DNA from: Octopus vulgaris | Lineage: Eukaryota | Length of the DNA stretch: 64,000 bases | Assembly: GCA_951406725.2 (NCBI GenBank) | Contig: OX597831.1 | Coordinates: 26,598,001 to 26,662,000 of the forward strand | Direction: 5' to 3' | In this document: in pieces, positions 13,049 to 26,439 of the stretch | How positions within the stretch are numbered: position 1 is the stretch's first letter | How the letters are laid out: the number at the start of each line of letters is the position of its first letter | Notes under the pieces: model-generated | What the model was told of the DNA's origin: nothing | The model's input: only the letters and a program-made list of their open reading frames with translations | The model's database searches: none | Program-made: the position numbers and the translations under genes

Positions 13049-14550
13049 AGGAGGGGTTACCCATGAGAAACCGAAATTTTGCAATATTATTTTATTCACA
13101 TACTTTTACATGTTTACACATTTATTGCTTTCAAAGTATTTTCCATTTGAAGCAATACTTTAATCAAGATGCTTTTTTCCACCATTTGAAGCAGTTCTGG
13201 AACTCTTATTTCTTTATTGCCCACAAGGGGCTAAACATAGAGGGGACAAACAAAGACAAACGGATTAAGTCGATTACATCAACCCCAGTGCGTAACTGGT
13301 ACTTATTTAATCGACCCCGAAAGAATGAAAGGAAAAGTCGACCTCGGAAGAATTTGAACTCAGAACGTAACGGCAGACGAAATCCCTATTTCTTTATTAC
13401 CCACAAGGGGCTAAACATGAAGGGGACAAACAAGTACAGACAAACGGATTAAGTCGATTATATCGACCCCAGTATGTAACTGGTACTTATTTAATCAACC
13501 CTGAAAGAATGAAAGGCAAAGTCGACCTCGGAAGGATTTGAACTCAGAACGTAACGGCAGATGAAATACCTATTTCTTTATAACCCACAAGGGGCTAAAC
13601 ATGAAGGGGACAAACAAGGACAGACAAACGGATTAAGTCAATTATATCGACCTCAGTATGTAACTGGTACTTTTTTTATCGACCCTGAAAGGATGAAAGG
13701 CAAAGTCGACCTTGGCGGAATTTGAACTCAGAACGTAACGGCAGACAAAATATGGCTACGCATTTCGTCCGGCATGCTAACGTTTCTACCAGCTTACCAC
13801 CTTTATTTCTGGAACTCTTGTGAAGTGATGCCTTTTAATGCCTCCAGCATTTTTCTCTTCACTTCTCCCACATCTGCAAAACGTTTTCCATTAAGGACTT
13901 TTTTCATTCGGTGGAACAAAAAAAAGTCGTTGGGTGCAAGATAAGTGTATAGGGAGGGTGGGTAAATGGGGGTCATGCCATTTTTGGTCAAAAACTGTCT
14001 CATACTGAAGGTGGTGTGCACAGGCACATTGTGATAAAACAACCACTCTCCACTTTGCCACAGGTCGAGACATTTTTGTCTCACTGCATTTCATAAATGT
14101 TTCAGAACTTCCAAGTAAAATATCTGGTTAACAGTTTGACCAGGAGGAACAAATTCTGTGTGGACAATTCCTTTGGCATCGATAAAACAAATCAGCATTG
14201 TCTTGAAATTCGATCTCATTTAATGTTCTTTTGGGTGGGGACATGGTGACATTCAGTGCTCCTATTGACATGATTGCTACTTTGTTTCCGGGTAGTAGTC
14301 ATAGCACCAGATTTAATCACCAATGCTGACCTTCAAAAAATGGTCCAGGTCACCTTCCAGCTGTTCTTTAAGTTCACAGCATGCATTCTGCCCTTACTGC
14401 TTTTGATCTTCCACGAGCAAGCAAGGAACAAATTTTGTTACAACTCTTTTCATTTGCAATTCCTCACTCAAAACTCGCAGCCAGGAGCTCCAGGACATAC
14501 CAGTCACATCAACAGGTTCGTCAGTTGTTTGGCAACAGTCCTCTTAGATC
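13049..14550 (-). pseudogene. Mariner (DD34D-type) transposon remnant, interrupted by a SINE
   Basis: Minus-strand ELQMKRVVTKFVPCLL, LAPNDFFLFHRMKKVLNGKRF, EFQNCFKWW..NGKYFE; TIR-like GAGGGGTTACCCATGAGAAACCGAAATTTT at ~13051; stops and frameshifts. Confidence 0.85.
13208..13806 (-). mobile_element. SINE family B, trimeric form
   Basis: One tRNA-like head plus three ~182-bp units; 13-bp TSD TTCTGGAACTCTT (13195-13207 / 13807-13819) inside the mariner ORF. Confidence 0.9.
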
Positions 14551-15666
14551 AGTTACTCTTTTACTCTCTTTACTTGTTTCAGTCATTTGACTGTGGCCAT
14601 GCTGGAGCACTATGTGTACTATGTGGCCATATTAACACACTGCCCTCGTTTACATTAACACCTAGTACTACATGGCCATACCAACACTCATCTCTCCTAG
14701 AATAATACCCAACACCACATGATCATACCAACACACTGACCTCTCCTATATTAGTTTCACATTTTGGCACAAGGTCTGAAATTTCAGGTGAGTGGGTAAG
14801 TCAATTACTTCTACTCTAGGATCAACTGGTACTTATTTTATTGACCCCAAAATGATGAAAGACAAAGCTGACCTTGGCAAAATTTGAACTCAGAACGTAA
14901 AGACAGACAAAATACTGCTAAGCATTTTGCCCAGCATGCTAATGATTCTGCCAGCTTACCACCTGATCTCTCCTATATTAACACCCAGTTCCACATCGCC
15001 ATACCAATTTTGACTTTTATCCTTCTGGGTGCCAATAACATAAAGTCCCAGCCTAGGGTACTAGAGAAGCAAAGTCATTAGTGTTTAATGAAATACCTGG
15101 TGGCTTTTGTTTCAGCCCTTTGTTTTTGGGCAACATATTTAAAACCATCAGGCTCTAAAAAAAAAAGTGTGGTATCTTTTCCAGACAAATTGTATTGGGG
15201 ATTACATTATGTATGGTGTCCTTCATATTTTTAAGAGAGTCAAGTCTTATTCAATGAAGATTTAACTGCTATTTCTTGTAAGTGAAGATTGTTGCTGGTG
15301 ATGGTGTCAATGTTACTATATCCTTTATATTAAAATCTTAGCTGTTATTTTATAACAAATTTACATATATTTACACAAAACTCACATACATGAAACATAT
15401 GGCCACACACACACACAAGCAGATATGTATATATGTAAATACTGCCTGAAGCAGGGATATATCTATTTAAAGCATACAAGACAAGATAGTGACAGTGAAA
15501 TATGAAGCCATAAACAAATTCTATGTAATCATTCATTGAGGCTGTGAGTTGCTGTGTCTAGAATTACAGAGAATTAACATAGAGATTTCTCTTATCTCTT
15601 GCATTTAGCAGCTTTCAAGCTTTACATTGAAAACTCTTCTATGCTCTATAGAATCTTGGATGTACA

Positions 15667-16305
15667 ACAGCTTGGCTTGTCTTGACTTGGCTTGGCTTGG
15701 CTTGGCTTGGCTTGGCTTGGCTTGGCTTGGCTTGGCTTGGCTTGGCTTGGCTTGGTTTCGCTAGGCTTGGCTTGTCTTTGCTTGTTTTGGATTGACTTAC
15801 CTTGGTTTGACTTGGTTTGGCTTGACTTAGCTTAGCTTGGCTTGGTTTGCCTTGTCTTGGCTTGGCTAGGTTTGGCTAGACTTTTGCTTGTCTTCATTTG
15901 TCTTGGATTGGCTCATCTTGGTTTGACTTGTTTTGTCTTGACTTCACTTAGTTTGGCTTGATTTGCCTTGGCTATGTTTGGTTAGGCTTTGCTTGTCTTC
16001 ATTTGTCTTGGATTAGTTCACCTTGGTTTGCCTTGTCTTGCTTTGATTCATCCTGGATCATCTTGCCTTGGCTCATGTTGCTTTGGCTTGACATGACTTG
16101 GCCTGCCTTGCCATGGCTTGATTTGCTTCCAATTGGCATGGCTCATTTTGACTCTTCTTTAGGCTAATCTTAGCTTAACTTAGCTCAACTTCATTTAGCT
16201 TCATTTAACTTCACTGATCTTAACTTTGCTTGTTTTGTCTTGGTTTGGCTGGGCTCAGTATGGTTTGGCTCAGCTTGGATTTGCTTGATTTAACTTGACT
16301 CAGCT
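15667..16305. repeat. (CTTGG)n pentanucleotide array, perfect core degenerating rightwards
   Basis: Direct reading. Confidence 0.95.
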
Positions 16306-16689
16306 TATCAATCAGTAAATAGGTGCCACAGTGTGATACAGTCTACAGGACAGTAAGTAGGCACCAGAATGTACCACAATCTATCCAGCTGTATATACTT
16401 AAGAGATGATAAACAACACAACCAAGGATTGAAAGTATTAAATAGAATATACACACACACATGCACACACACATATATGCACACACACACATACACACAT
16501 GAGTACACATTGATTTGTTTTACATCTGTTTGTGAAGGGTTGGACAACTATATAAATTGAGGTACTATCTTACAGCTAGGTGCACTTCCTGTGATTAACC
16601 CTCACATGCATATATACACATAGACACACACACACACATATACATAATACATTGATACATACATACTTATATGTGTGTGTGTGTATGTA

Positions 16690-17082
16690 TTCTTTTATTC
16701 TTTTACTTTTTTACTTGTTTCAGTCACTTGACTGCAACCATGCTGGAGCACCACCTTTAATCAAACAAATCAACCCCAGGACTTTATCTTTGTAAGTCTA
16801 GTACTTATTCTATCAGTCTCTTTTGCTGAATCATAAAGTTACAGAGATGTAAACACACCAACATCGGTTGTCAAGCGATGGCAGGGGGACAAACACAGAC
16901 ACTCAAATACATACATATAGGATGGGCTTCTTTCAGTTTCCATCTACCAAATCCACTTACAAGGCTTTGGTCGGCCCGAGGCTATAGTAGAAGACACTTG
17001 CCCAAGGTGCCACGCAGTAGGACTGAACCCAGAACCATGTGGTTGGGAAGCAAGCTTCTTACCACACTGCCACTCCTGCACC
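16690..17082 (-). mobile_element. SINE family A, full length
   Basis: Reverse complement of consensus. Confidence 0.85.
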
Positions 17083-17135
17083 TATATATACACACACATA
17101 TATGTATATATATATGTATGTATATAAAATATAAT

Positions 17136-17251
17136 GAGTAAGCACATGAATGCAAAGCAAGGTGGAAAAAATAGTACTCAAATACCAAAGGTAGAGTAAT
17201 ATGCTTTTATTAGAGCAGAAAAATCTTCACAAATTGTTACTCAGAGTTTCA
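17136..17251 (-). mobile_element. Truncated copy of the 44245-44467 hammerhead element
   Basis: GAGTAA.CACAT.AATG..AAACAAGGTGGAAAAAA.AGTACTCAAATACCA..GGTAGAGTAATATGC shared; retains only GAAAC-TCTGA-GTA of the ribozyme on minus strand. Confidence 0.75.
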
Positions 17252-17311
17252 TGGTACATATATATATGTGTGTGTGTATATGTGTGTATGTATATATATA
17301 TATATATATAT

Positions 17312-17470
17312 GTCATCATCATCGTTTAACGTCCGTTTTCCATGATAGCATGGGTTGGATGGTTCAACTGGGGTCTGGGAAGCCAGAAGGCTGCACCAGG
17401 CCCAGTATGATCTGGCAGTGTTTCTACAGCTGAATGCCCTTCCTAACGCCAACCACTCCGAGAGTGTAGT
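17312..17470 (-). mobile_element. RTE LINE 3' tail
   Basis: (CAT)n GTTTAACGTCCGTTTTCCATG. Confidence 0.85.
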
Positions 17471-17497
17471 ACCTGTATATATATATACATACATATA

Positions 17498-17581
<84 letters not shown>

Positions 17582-17587
17582 CATTTG

Positions 17588-17863
17588 AGTGAGGTCATTG
17601 CCAGTGCCACTGGACTGGCTCCTGTGCAGGCGGCATGTAAAAAACACCATTTGAGCATGGCCATTGCCAGTACCGCCGGACTGGCCCTCCTGCCAGTGGC
17701 ACGTAAAAAGAACCCACTACACGCTCAAAATGGTTGGCGTTAGGAAGGGCATACAGCTGTAGAAACTCTGCCAGATCAGATTGGAGCCTGGTACTGCCAT
17801 CTGGTTTTCCAGTCCTCAGTCAAATCGTCCAACCCATGCTAGCATGGAAAGCAGACATTAAAC

Positions 17864-17905
<42 letters not shown>
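17588..17905 (+). mobile_element. RTE LINE 3' UTR/tail
   Basis: UTR repeats, GGTTGGCGTTAGGAAGGGCAT, (GAT)n tail. Confidence 0.85.
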
Positions 17906-17908
<3 letters not shown>

Positions 17909-18412
17909 TATATTATTTAATAGACACAGTACATGTTATTAGGCACTGCTAATAGTTTCATATGTTGAGAAATACCTCAAACATATTCATCAGGCACAAA
18001 TCACATATCAACAAACTAAAAATTGAATAAATATATGCGTACATGCATACATACACATATAAACAATTATTTTTTTCTCATAGTGTATCTCTTTCCTATC
18101 ATGAGTAATGTTCTATCAATTACATGAAGTCACGTCTGTGACACGTGTAGCACAAGCGCTTTTGCATGTCCATGCATATATGTATATTAATGCAGCTGCT
18201 CCTTGTGATAATACACAACATGTGCACCTATCTTACCACCTGCAGACACTCGTCAAGGCACCAGTTGTGTTCTAAATATAACACCAAACCAATCTCAAAA
18301 CCCCACCTTGGGACTTTTTATCACCTATCTTACTTGTTCCGCTTCTATGAAGCACTCTCGCACATATGAATATAGTGATGTAACTATACATATGCATAGA
18401 TGCATATATACA

Positions 18413-18443
<31 letters not shown>

Positions 18444-18540
18444 CATGCACACATATATTTGTATATATATAAATATATACATAAACATATGTGTGTGTAT
18501 GTTTTTATGTGTATGTATACAAATGTATATAGGTGAGTAG

Positions 18541-18592
<52 letters not shown>

Positions 18593-18948
18593 CAGTACCA
18601 TGCAAAAGTCTTAAACCACTTTAAACTGTTGTAAATTTCTACTAATTGCCAAATTATAAGTGAATGCTTCACAATGCATTTTTTCAGATGAAACATTGGC
18701 CTTGTTGGAGTCATTTCCATATCTAATCATTATATTTTGCTGTAAGAGTTCTGAATGATGTGAGACGACCCCCAAAAATGGCCATGCAAAAGTTTTCGTT
18801 CAGAACTACTACTACAAAATATAATGCTTATGTATGGAAATGGCTCCAACAGGACCAATGTTTCATCTGTAAAAATGCAATGCAAAACATCCACTTATGT
18901 TGGCAATTAGTAGAAATTTACAATAGATTAAAGTGACCAAAGACTTTG
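18593..18948. mobile_element. Tc1-like foldback MITE; right end clipped
   Basis: TA|CAGTACCATGCAAAAGTCTT start; ~150-bp imperfect inverted arms. Confidence 0.75.
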
Positions 18949-19004
18949 ACTGCAACCATGCCGGAGCACCACCTTTAGTCAAACAAATCGACCCCAGAAG
19001 TCAT

Positions 19005-19572
19005 TGTCATGGGCGATGACAGTGCTGCCTGATTGGCACCCATGCCAGTGGCATGTAAAAAGCACCATTCAAGAGTGGTCGATGCCAGTGCTGGCTGACT
19101 GGCTCCCATACTAGTGGCATGTAAAAAGCACCATTCGAGGGTGGTCGATGCCAGTGCTGCCTGACTGGTCCCATGCTAGTGGCACATAAAAAGCACCATT
19201 CGAGGGTGGTCGATGCCGGTGCTGGCTGACTGGTCCCATGCTAGTGGCACATAAAAGGCAACCATTTGAGTAAGGTTGTTGCCAGTGCTGCCTGACTAGC
19301 TCCCTTGCTGGTGGCACGTAAAAAGCACTATTCAAGCATGGTCGATGCCAGTACTGCCTAACTGGCCCTTGTGCCAGTGGAATGTAAAAAGCATCCACTA
19401 CACTCTCGGAGTGGTTGGCATTAGGAAGTGCATCCAGCTGTAGATACTTTGCCAGATTGGATTGGAGCCTGGGGTAGTCTTCCGGATTGCCAGCCCTCAG
19501 TCAAACCGTCCAACCTATGCCAGCATGGAAAGTGGACGTTAAACAATGATGATGATGATGATGATGATGATG
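19005..19572 (+). mobile_element. RTE LINE 3' UTR with about six ~62-66-bp tandem units
   Basis: Repeated GCCAGTGCTGSCTGACTGG..CCATGCTAGTGGCAYRTAAAAAGCACCATTCGAGGGTGGTCGAT, then the standard tail. Confidence 0.85.
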
Positions 19573-19591
19573 ATATATATATATATATATA

Positions 19592-19783
19592 TTCTCTCCT
19601 TTTTTTACTCTCCTTTTTTTTTCTCTTCTTGTTTCTCTCCTTGTTTTTTCAGTGTACCTTTCTGTAGAAGGGTGTAGGCTCGAAACGTAAAAGACTTTTT
19701 CTATTCCTGAGTGTTATACTAATACATCTGTTTGTTTTGTACACCACCTGTCTTCGTCTTTTGTTTTTTTCGTAAACTCTCCT
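19592..19783 (+). mobile_element. Family E element with hammerhead-like motif (Penelope-like terminal repeat candidate)
   Basis: CTTT-CTGTAGA-A-GGGT-GTAG-GCTC-GAAAC-GTA-AAAG; flanked by (TA)n; homologues at 55205-55400 and 60700-60810. Confidence 0.6.
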
Positions 19784-19796
19784 TATATATATATAT

Positions 19797-19957
<161 letters not shown>

Positions 19958-20466
19958 TAGATGTACATATAGATATGTAAATACATTTATATACACATGT
20001 GTGTGTATGTATGCATAAGAGAGAAAGCAAGAGGGAGGGAAAAGAAAGATTTTTTCATATAAAATATTATTGGTCAGAAATTACTGTCATATATCTTCAT
20101 TTGTATTTTATTCTTTTTTTTATGTTTTATTCATACATTATTTTTATTATTTTCTTTTCAACCGAAATGGAAAAGAAATTTTTACCTGCTCGTCTTGAAA
20201 GCCATCATGTAATTTACCTGGTGCAAACATAAAATTTCTGTCATCTGTCATAACTCTTGTTAATGATGCTTTTAACTTTAAAGTCTTGTACAAAGTTATT
20301 TCATTAATTGAATCAGGTAAAAAAAGAAACAAAAGCAAAAAAAAAGTTACAAAAACTCATTTTTCAATTTTTTTTTGTTTTGTAAATGAATGTCAAAAAA
20401 TATTGTTTTGAGTTTGTTAATTATTTTTATTACATATATATATGTAATGTATATACATATACATAG

Positions 20467-20591
<125 letters not shown>

Positions 20592-21597
20592 CATGCATGC
20601 ATGCATGTATGTATGTATGTATGTATGTATATATATAGTTAGATAGACAAAAAGATAAGTACATATATATACACTCATACATGCATATATGTATGTCTAT
20701 ATATATAAATATATATATGTATATATTTATGTATATATTTATATATATGTATGTATAAGTATATGTGAGTGTGTGTGTATGTATCTTTGTGTGTGTGCAT
20801 GTGTGTGTAGATATATATATTATATTATATATATATTATGTATATATTATATATGTTCATTATATATATATGTATCCCTATATATATATATATTCTCCAT
20901 CACTCTCTCCCTCCTCTTGTAAATATGAATAAACATGTAGCCCCCCTACAGCAAGAAACCTGCTCAGCTCTGGCCCTTTTCTCTCATATTTTAACCTTCT
21001 TGCCACTTAGCATAAAGCAAACCAACTTACCTTTTGGGTATGTGGTCATGACACATTCATTCTGCTTCTCCCATCATATTCTCTCTTTTCTCTCGTCCTC
21101 TTACCCTGGTCCTTCTCTTTCATCACTCCCTCTTCTATTCACCCTTATAGTTATATTCCCATGAATAAACAGAGATGGTGTTATTGATTGAAGACTCTTT
21201 AATCCCACCGGGGACAAGGTTACCTCTCTTGTGTTGGTGTCACAGTAAAATTCATCTATTACATTCCATTAAGTAGTTGGTAGTAGAAAAACAAACAAGA
21301 AAGTGCATCCAGCCATAGAAACCATATCAAAATTGGAATATACAAGTGAAATGTGGCCCCTGAACTGTCCAGGAAAGTATTAACTCCAAATAGAAACTAA
21401 CTTGGAATGTGATGATATAACCATGTCATGTCAGCATAGAAACTATGTGGCCAAGAGTTTACAGTCTTGGGATCATAATCATAAGATTGTTAGTTCAATT
21501 CTTGAACCAGCAGCACACTTAACCTTGGTCCTGTCTTTTCAGCTGAAAATGAAGACCAGCTAAGTGCTGATATAGGCCTTTCTTTTTCCAGTTATTA

Positions 21598-22164
21598 TTG
21601 GGTTGTCCAGAAAATTTGTGCCAATTTATAGTAGCTTACCTTTAGACTTGTTTTAGAACATGGTTGAGTCCATAAAATAGGAATTTGACTACTCCTCCAT
21701 TTAGAGCACAGTTTAAGCTATCTTTTCGTGGAAGAAGGTTTATGTTCCTATAACCTGTGTTAATTCTGTAACCCTTTAAAATGGAAGACAAGAAAGTTCA
21801 TTTTTGGCACTTGATGCTTTGGGAACCAGACAAAAATTGCTGCAGCTCGGCTGGGATGTGTTATCCCACTCTCCATATTCACCAGATATTGCTCCTTTGG
21901 ATTTCCACTTATTCAGGTCTCTGCAGAATAGTCTTAATGGTAAAAATTTCCATTCCTTGGATGACGTAAAAAGATACCTTGATGAATTCTTTGCCATGAA
22001 ACCACCTCAGTTCTGGGAAAAGGATATTTTCAAGTTAAAGGAAAGATGGAGACACATTGTGCAACAAAATGGTTCATATTTGGTTGATTAAAAATGTAAT
22101 GGCTAATAATTATTGACCTTTTTCTTTCCTTTAAAAATCAGCATGAACTTTCCAGACAACCCAA
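21598..22164 (+). pseudogene. Internally deleted mariner element with both TIRs
   Basis: TIRs TTGGGTTGTCCAGAAAATTTGTGCCAATTT / AAATCAGCATGAACTTTCCAGACAACCCAA, TA flanks; N-terminal MEDKKVHFWHLMLWE joined to C-terminal WDVLSHSPYSPDIAPLDFHLFRSLQN. Confidence 0.9.
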
Positions 22165-23337
22165 TATATACTCAATGTTCCACAAGATCACATGTGGAAG
22201 AGCCAAGAGGAGGTTTCTGTCTGCTCATAACTGCACAAGCAGCTGATATGTTTGTCTTCAGAGAAACGAGACACATTTAGTCATCCTAAACTCTTTAGCA
22301 TTCAGATTTCTCTGTCAAATGTAATACTTATTTATTCACATTGATTTGAATTAGTAATGCACTACCTTGCAGCTGTGGGATTTCAATGACATGATTGTTT
22401 ATTACCTCCACCTTAGTGAAGGCAGAGGTATTTTTTCAGTTGTATTTGTTTGTTTGTTTGACAAAAGGATGAAAAATAAAGTCAACTTTAGCAGAATTTG
22501 AACTCAGAATGTAAAGCCAGACAAAATGCTTAGTGACATTCTGGTGTGCTAATGTTTCTGCTCACCACCTTAATCTCTTTTAATACTGGTTTCAAATTTC
22601 AAAGAAGGGCATAAGTTGATTACATCAACCCCAGTGCTCAACTAGTACTTATTTTATTTTCCCCAAAAGGATGAATGGCAGAGTCAACTTTGCCAGAATT
22701 TGAACTCAGAATATAAAGACATACAAATATATATATATGTATATATTTATGTATATATTTATATATATGTATGTATATGTATATGTGAGTGTGTGTGTAT
22801 GTATCTGTGTGTGTGCATGTGTGTGTAGATATATATATAATCTGATCATGGCCGTTGCCAGCCTCGCCTGGCCTCCATGCCAGTGGCACGTAAAAAGCAC
22901 CATCCAATCATGGCCGTTTGCCAGCCTCGTCTGGCACCTGTGCATTTTGCCCAGCATGCTAATGACTCTGCCAGTCTGCTGCCTTAATATCTTTTATTAC
23001 AGGTATTCAAATTTTGGCACAAGGCCAGCAGTTTTGAGGGAGGGAGAGCTCGATTACATCGACCCCCATTGCTCAGCTGGTACATATTTTATCGATGCTG
23101 AAAGGCAGAATTTGAACTCAGGATATAAAGACACACAAAATAAATGTCTTTTGATATAAAAAGCATTTTTCCTCATTTATCATATTTAAAATTATTGCCA
23201 CCAATTAACAATGATTAATGAAGTTATAGATGTAAATTCATGCACACATACATATATACATACGAACATACTGACACAGAAACACATGCCCTTACACCTT
23301 GCACAAACATACATACATATATATGTACATATGTATA

Positions 23338-23376
<39 letters not shown>

Positions 23377-23789
23377 GTATGTATAAAAGCAGGATGTGTG
23401 TGTGTGTGTACATAAATGTAATTTATGCATGTCCACAAATTACCACGCATGTTGCTCCAATTTTAGGAGGACATTCGTTATGACCCTAGCTGTTTTTTCA
23501 TCAACTAATTTTTCCCAGAGACACCAGCGAATAGAAGTAAATATTAATTTTCAACCAAAACTTTTAACAATTTTCAAGTCAGAGAAATCACCATTGTTTG
23601 CAAACAGGAGTTAAGTCCCCTTCTAGCAACAAGTGAGTTTTCTTTAAGACTTGTTTTTTTTCATCGAGGCAAAAAGTATTTTGTTGATATACGGGCAACA
23701 CACACATACACATACACGAACATGTATGCATACAAAAATCATGTATGCAATAGGTGTACATACATACATGTGTATGTGTGTGTGTTGCC

Positions 23790-23931
23790 CATATATTTAT
23801 ATATATAAACCAATTGCAATGGATTTCCCCCACATTTGACATCAATGTTACTTAGTTTGGTTTGAAATAAAGAACTTTATTAGCTTAATAATCCTAACTT
23901 AATCCAGGGCAAAGCCAGGTTATACTGCTAG
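23790..23931 (+). mobile_element. Helitron-like 3' end
   Basis: Subterminal CCAGGGCAAAGCCAGG then CTAG|T; matches the terminus at 52075 (minus); left boundary approximate. Confidence 0.55.
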
Positions 23932-24399
23932 TATATTATAAATGATATATGTATATTCACATATACACATATATTTCATATTGTATTCATACAATTATAT
24001 TGCAAAGTGTACTTTTATAAACATGCAGTCACAGTTTCAAAATCATCAGTATCATAGTTATCACCCCCACCACCATTGCCACCACAGCTGCCATAGATAG
24101 ACAGACAGATAGATATAGATAAATAGATAGATAGATAGACAGATAGATGGGTATGTGTGTGTATATATGACGGGTTTCTTTCAGTTTCTGTCTACCAAAA
24201 CCATTCACAAGGCTCTGGTCGGCCGAAGGCTATAGTAGAAGACACTTGCCCAAGATGCCACGCAGTGGGACTGAACCCAGAACCATGTGGTTCGTAAGCA
24301 GCCACTTCTATGCCTATGAAACCGGGAATCCAGGCCTTATGAGCCAAGAACAACAACAAGAAGGAACAACAACAACAACAACATATTTTTGAATGTGTA

Positions 24400-24692
24400 T
24401 ATAGATCATAATCACCATCATCATCATCATTATCCTTAAGCGTTCATTTTTTCCATGTTGGACGGATTGACCAGAGCTTGGCAAACCGGGAAGCTACACC
24501 AGGTTCTAGTCTCATTTGGCTTGGTTTCTATGGCTGGATGCTCTTCCTGACACCAACCACTTTACAACAGTGTGTGCTGGGGGATTTTAATGTGCCACAG
24601 GCACATGTATATACGTATATGTGTGTGTGTTTGTCTGTGTGTGTGTGTGTAAAAACTATGTATTTGAATGTGTATATATAAAAACTATATAT

Positions 24693-24730
<38 letters not shown>

Positions 24731-25040
24731 TCATCATCATTCTTTAACGTCCGTTTTCCATGCTAGCATGGGTTGGATGGTTCGACCAGGGTCTGGGAAG
24801 CCAGGGGCTGCATCAGGCTCCAGTCTGATCTGGCTGTGTTTCTACAGCTGGATGCCCTTCCTAATGCCAACCGCTCTGTGAGTGTAGTGGGTGCTTTTTA
24901 CGTGCCACCAGCACAGGTTCCAGGGAAGGCTAGCAAGGGCCACGATCAGTTGGTGCTTTTTACATGCCACCAGCACGGAAGCCAGTCAAGGCGGCACTGG
25001 CATCGGCCACGTTTGGATGGTGCTTTTTACGTGCCACCAG
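24400..25040 (-). mobile_element. Two adjacent RTE LINE 3' tails (24400-24610; 24727-25040)
   Basis: (CAT)n tails and GGATGC(C/T)CTTCCT motif. Confidence 0.8.
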
Positions 25041-25043
25041 CAG

Positions 25044-25079
<36 letters not shown>

Positions 25080-25418
25080 ACTCGAACATACACACACAGA
25101 GTTTTAAGAATGATGCGTATGTGATGAGAGTACTGTGATGGCCATGGAAACCTGATGTGATAAATATTCCCACATCATTGATCTCTTACTTCATGACTGG
25201 GTCAGTGAGGTCAGCGAATTTATGTATCCACAGCTGCTTCCTTCGCTAAACTTCATTTCTGACTACATCCACGTTTGTTGTTCCCTTCTTCATATATATA
25301 ATCACCTTCTCTCATGCTCTCTCACTTTCTCTCCTTCTGTCCTTCTGTCTATTTATTTATTTATCTATCTATATCTATATCTATATGTATGTGTATGTGT
25401 AAGAGTGTGTGTGTGTAT

Positions 25419-25461
<43 letters not shown>

Positions 25462-25466
25462 GTATG

Positions 25467-25499
<33 letters not shown>

Positions 25500-25811
25500 G
25501 TATATACACACACACATGTATATACATGTATATACATGTGTGTGTATATATATATATATATATATGTATATACATGTATATATATATATATGTATGTATA
25601 TATACATGTATATATCTGTACATACATGCACACAAACTCACATATGCACATCATCAACATCATCATCATCATCATTGTTTAACGTCCGCAATGATGACGA
25701 TGACAATGTGCGTATGTGTGTTTGTGTGCATGTATACATATATGTATGTATTTATGATTTTACTGCATATGCTCACGTGCCCACAAACCTAGGCATTTTG
25801 TATGTATATGC

Positions 25812-25857
<46 letters not shown>

Positions 25858-26205
25858 TCGTATATATATATATGTAAATATAGATATACATATATATGTG
25901 TGTGTGCGTGCGTATATATTGACAGGCACATTATGGGATTGATGGCAAGATAGGCTGCTGATTAGATTGATGCATGACTGATGGTTAATGGACGATGGAG
26001 TGGTGTATATATGGGTGGCAATATAGATGTATAATATGTTGTATATGGATGTATAATATGATGGATAGATGGGGAGACAGATGGACAGAGATAATAATTT
26101 AATAGAGATGTAAAATGACACACAGATTGAGTGATAAATAGACTGTTTATATGTGTTTATCAGATGCACTTTGCCTATGGTCAAACAGATAAGTAGGTAA
26201 ATAGG

Positions 26206-26308
<103 letters not shown>

Positions 26309-26404
26309 GATAAGATAGAAAAATAAGATAAGATCGATAGGTTGATAGATAGATAAGATAGACAGATACATAATATAAGATAGATAGATAAGACAAGATA
26401 AGAT

Positions 26405-26439
<35 letters not shown>

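Noticed and set aside
13208-19400. Regularly spaced repeats that superficially resemble CRISPR arrays (SINE B units, RTE UTR units)
   Set aside because: Full tandem units without unique spacers, eukaryotic context, no cas genes.
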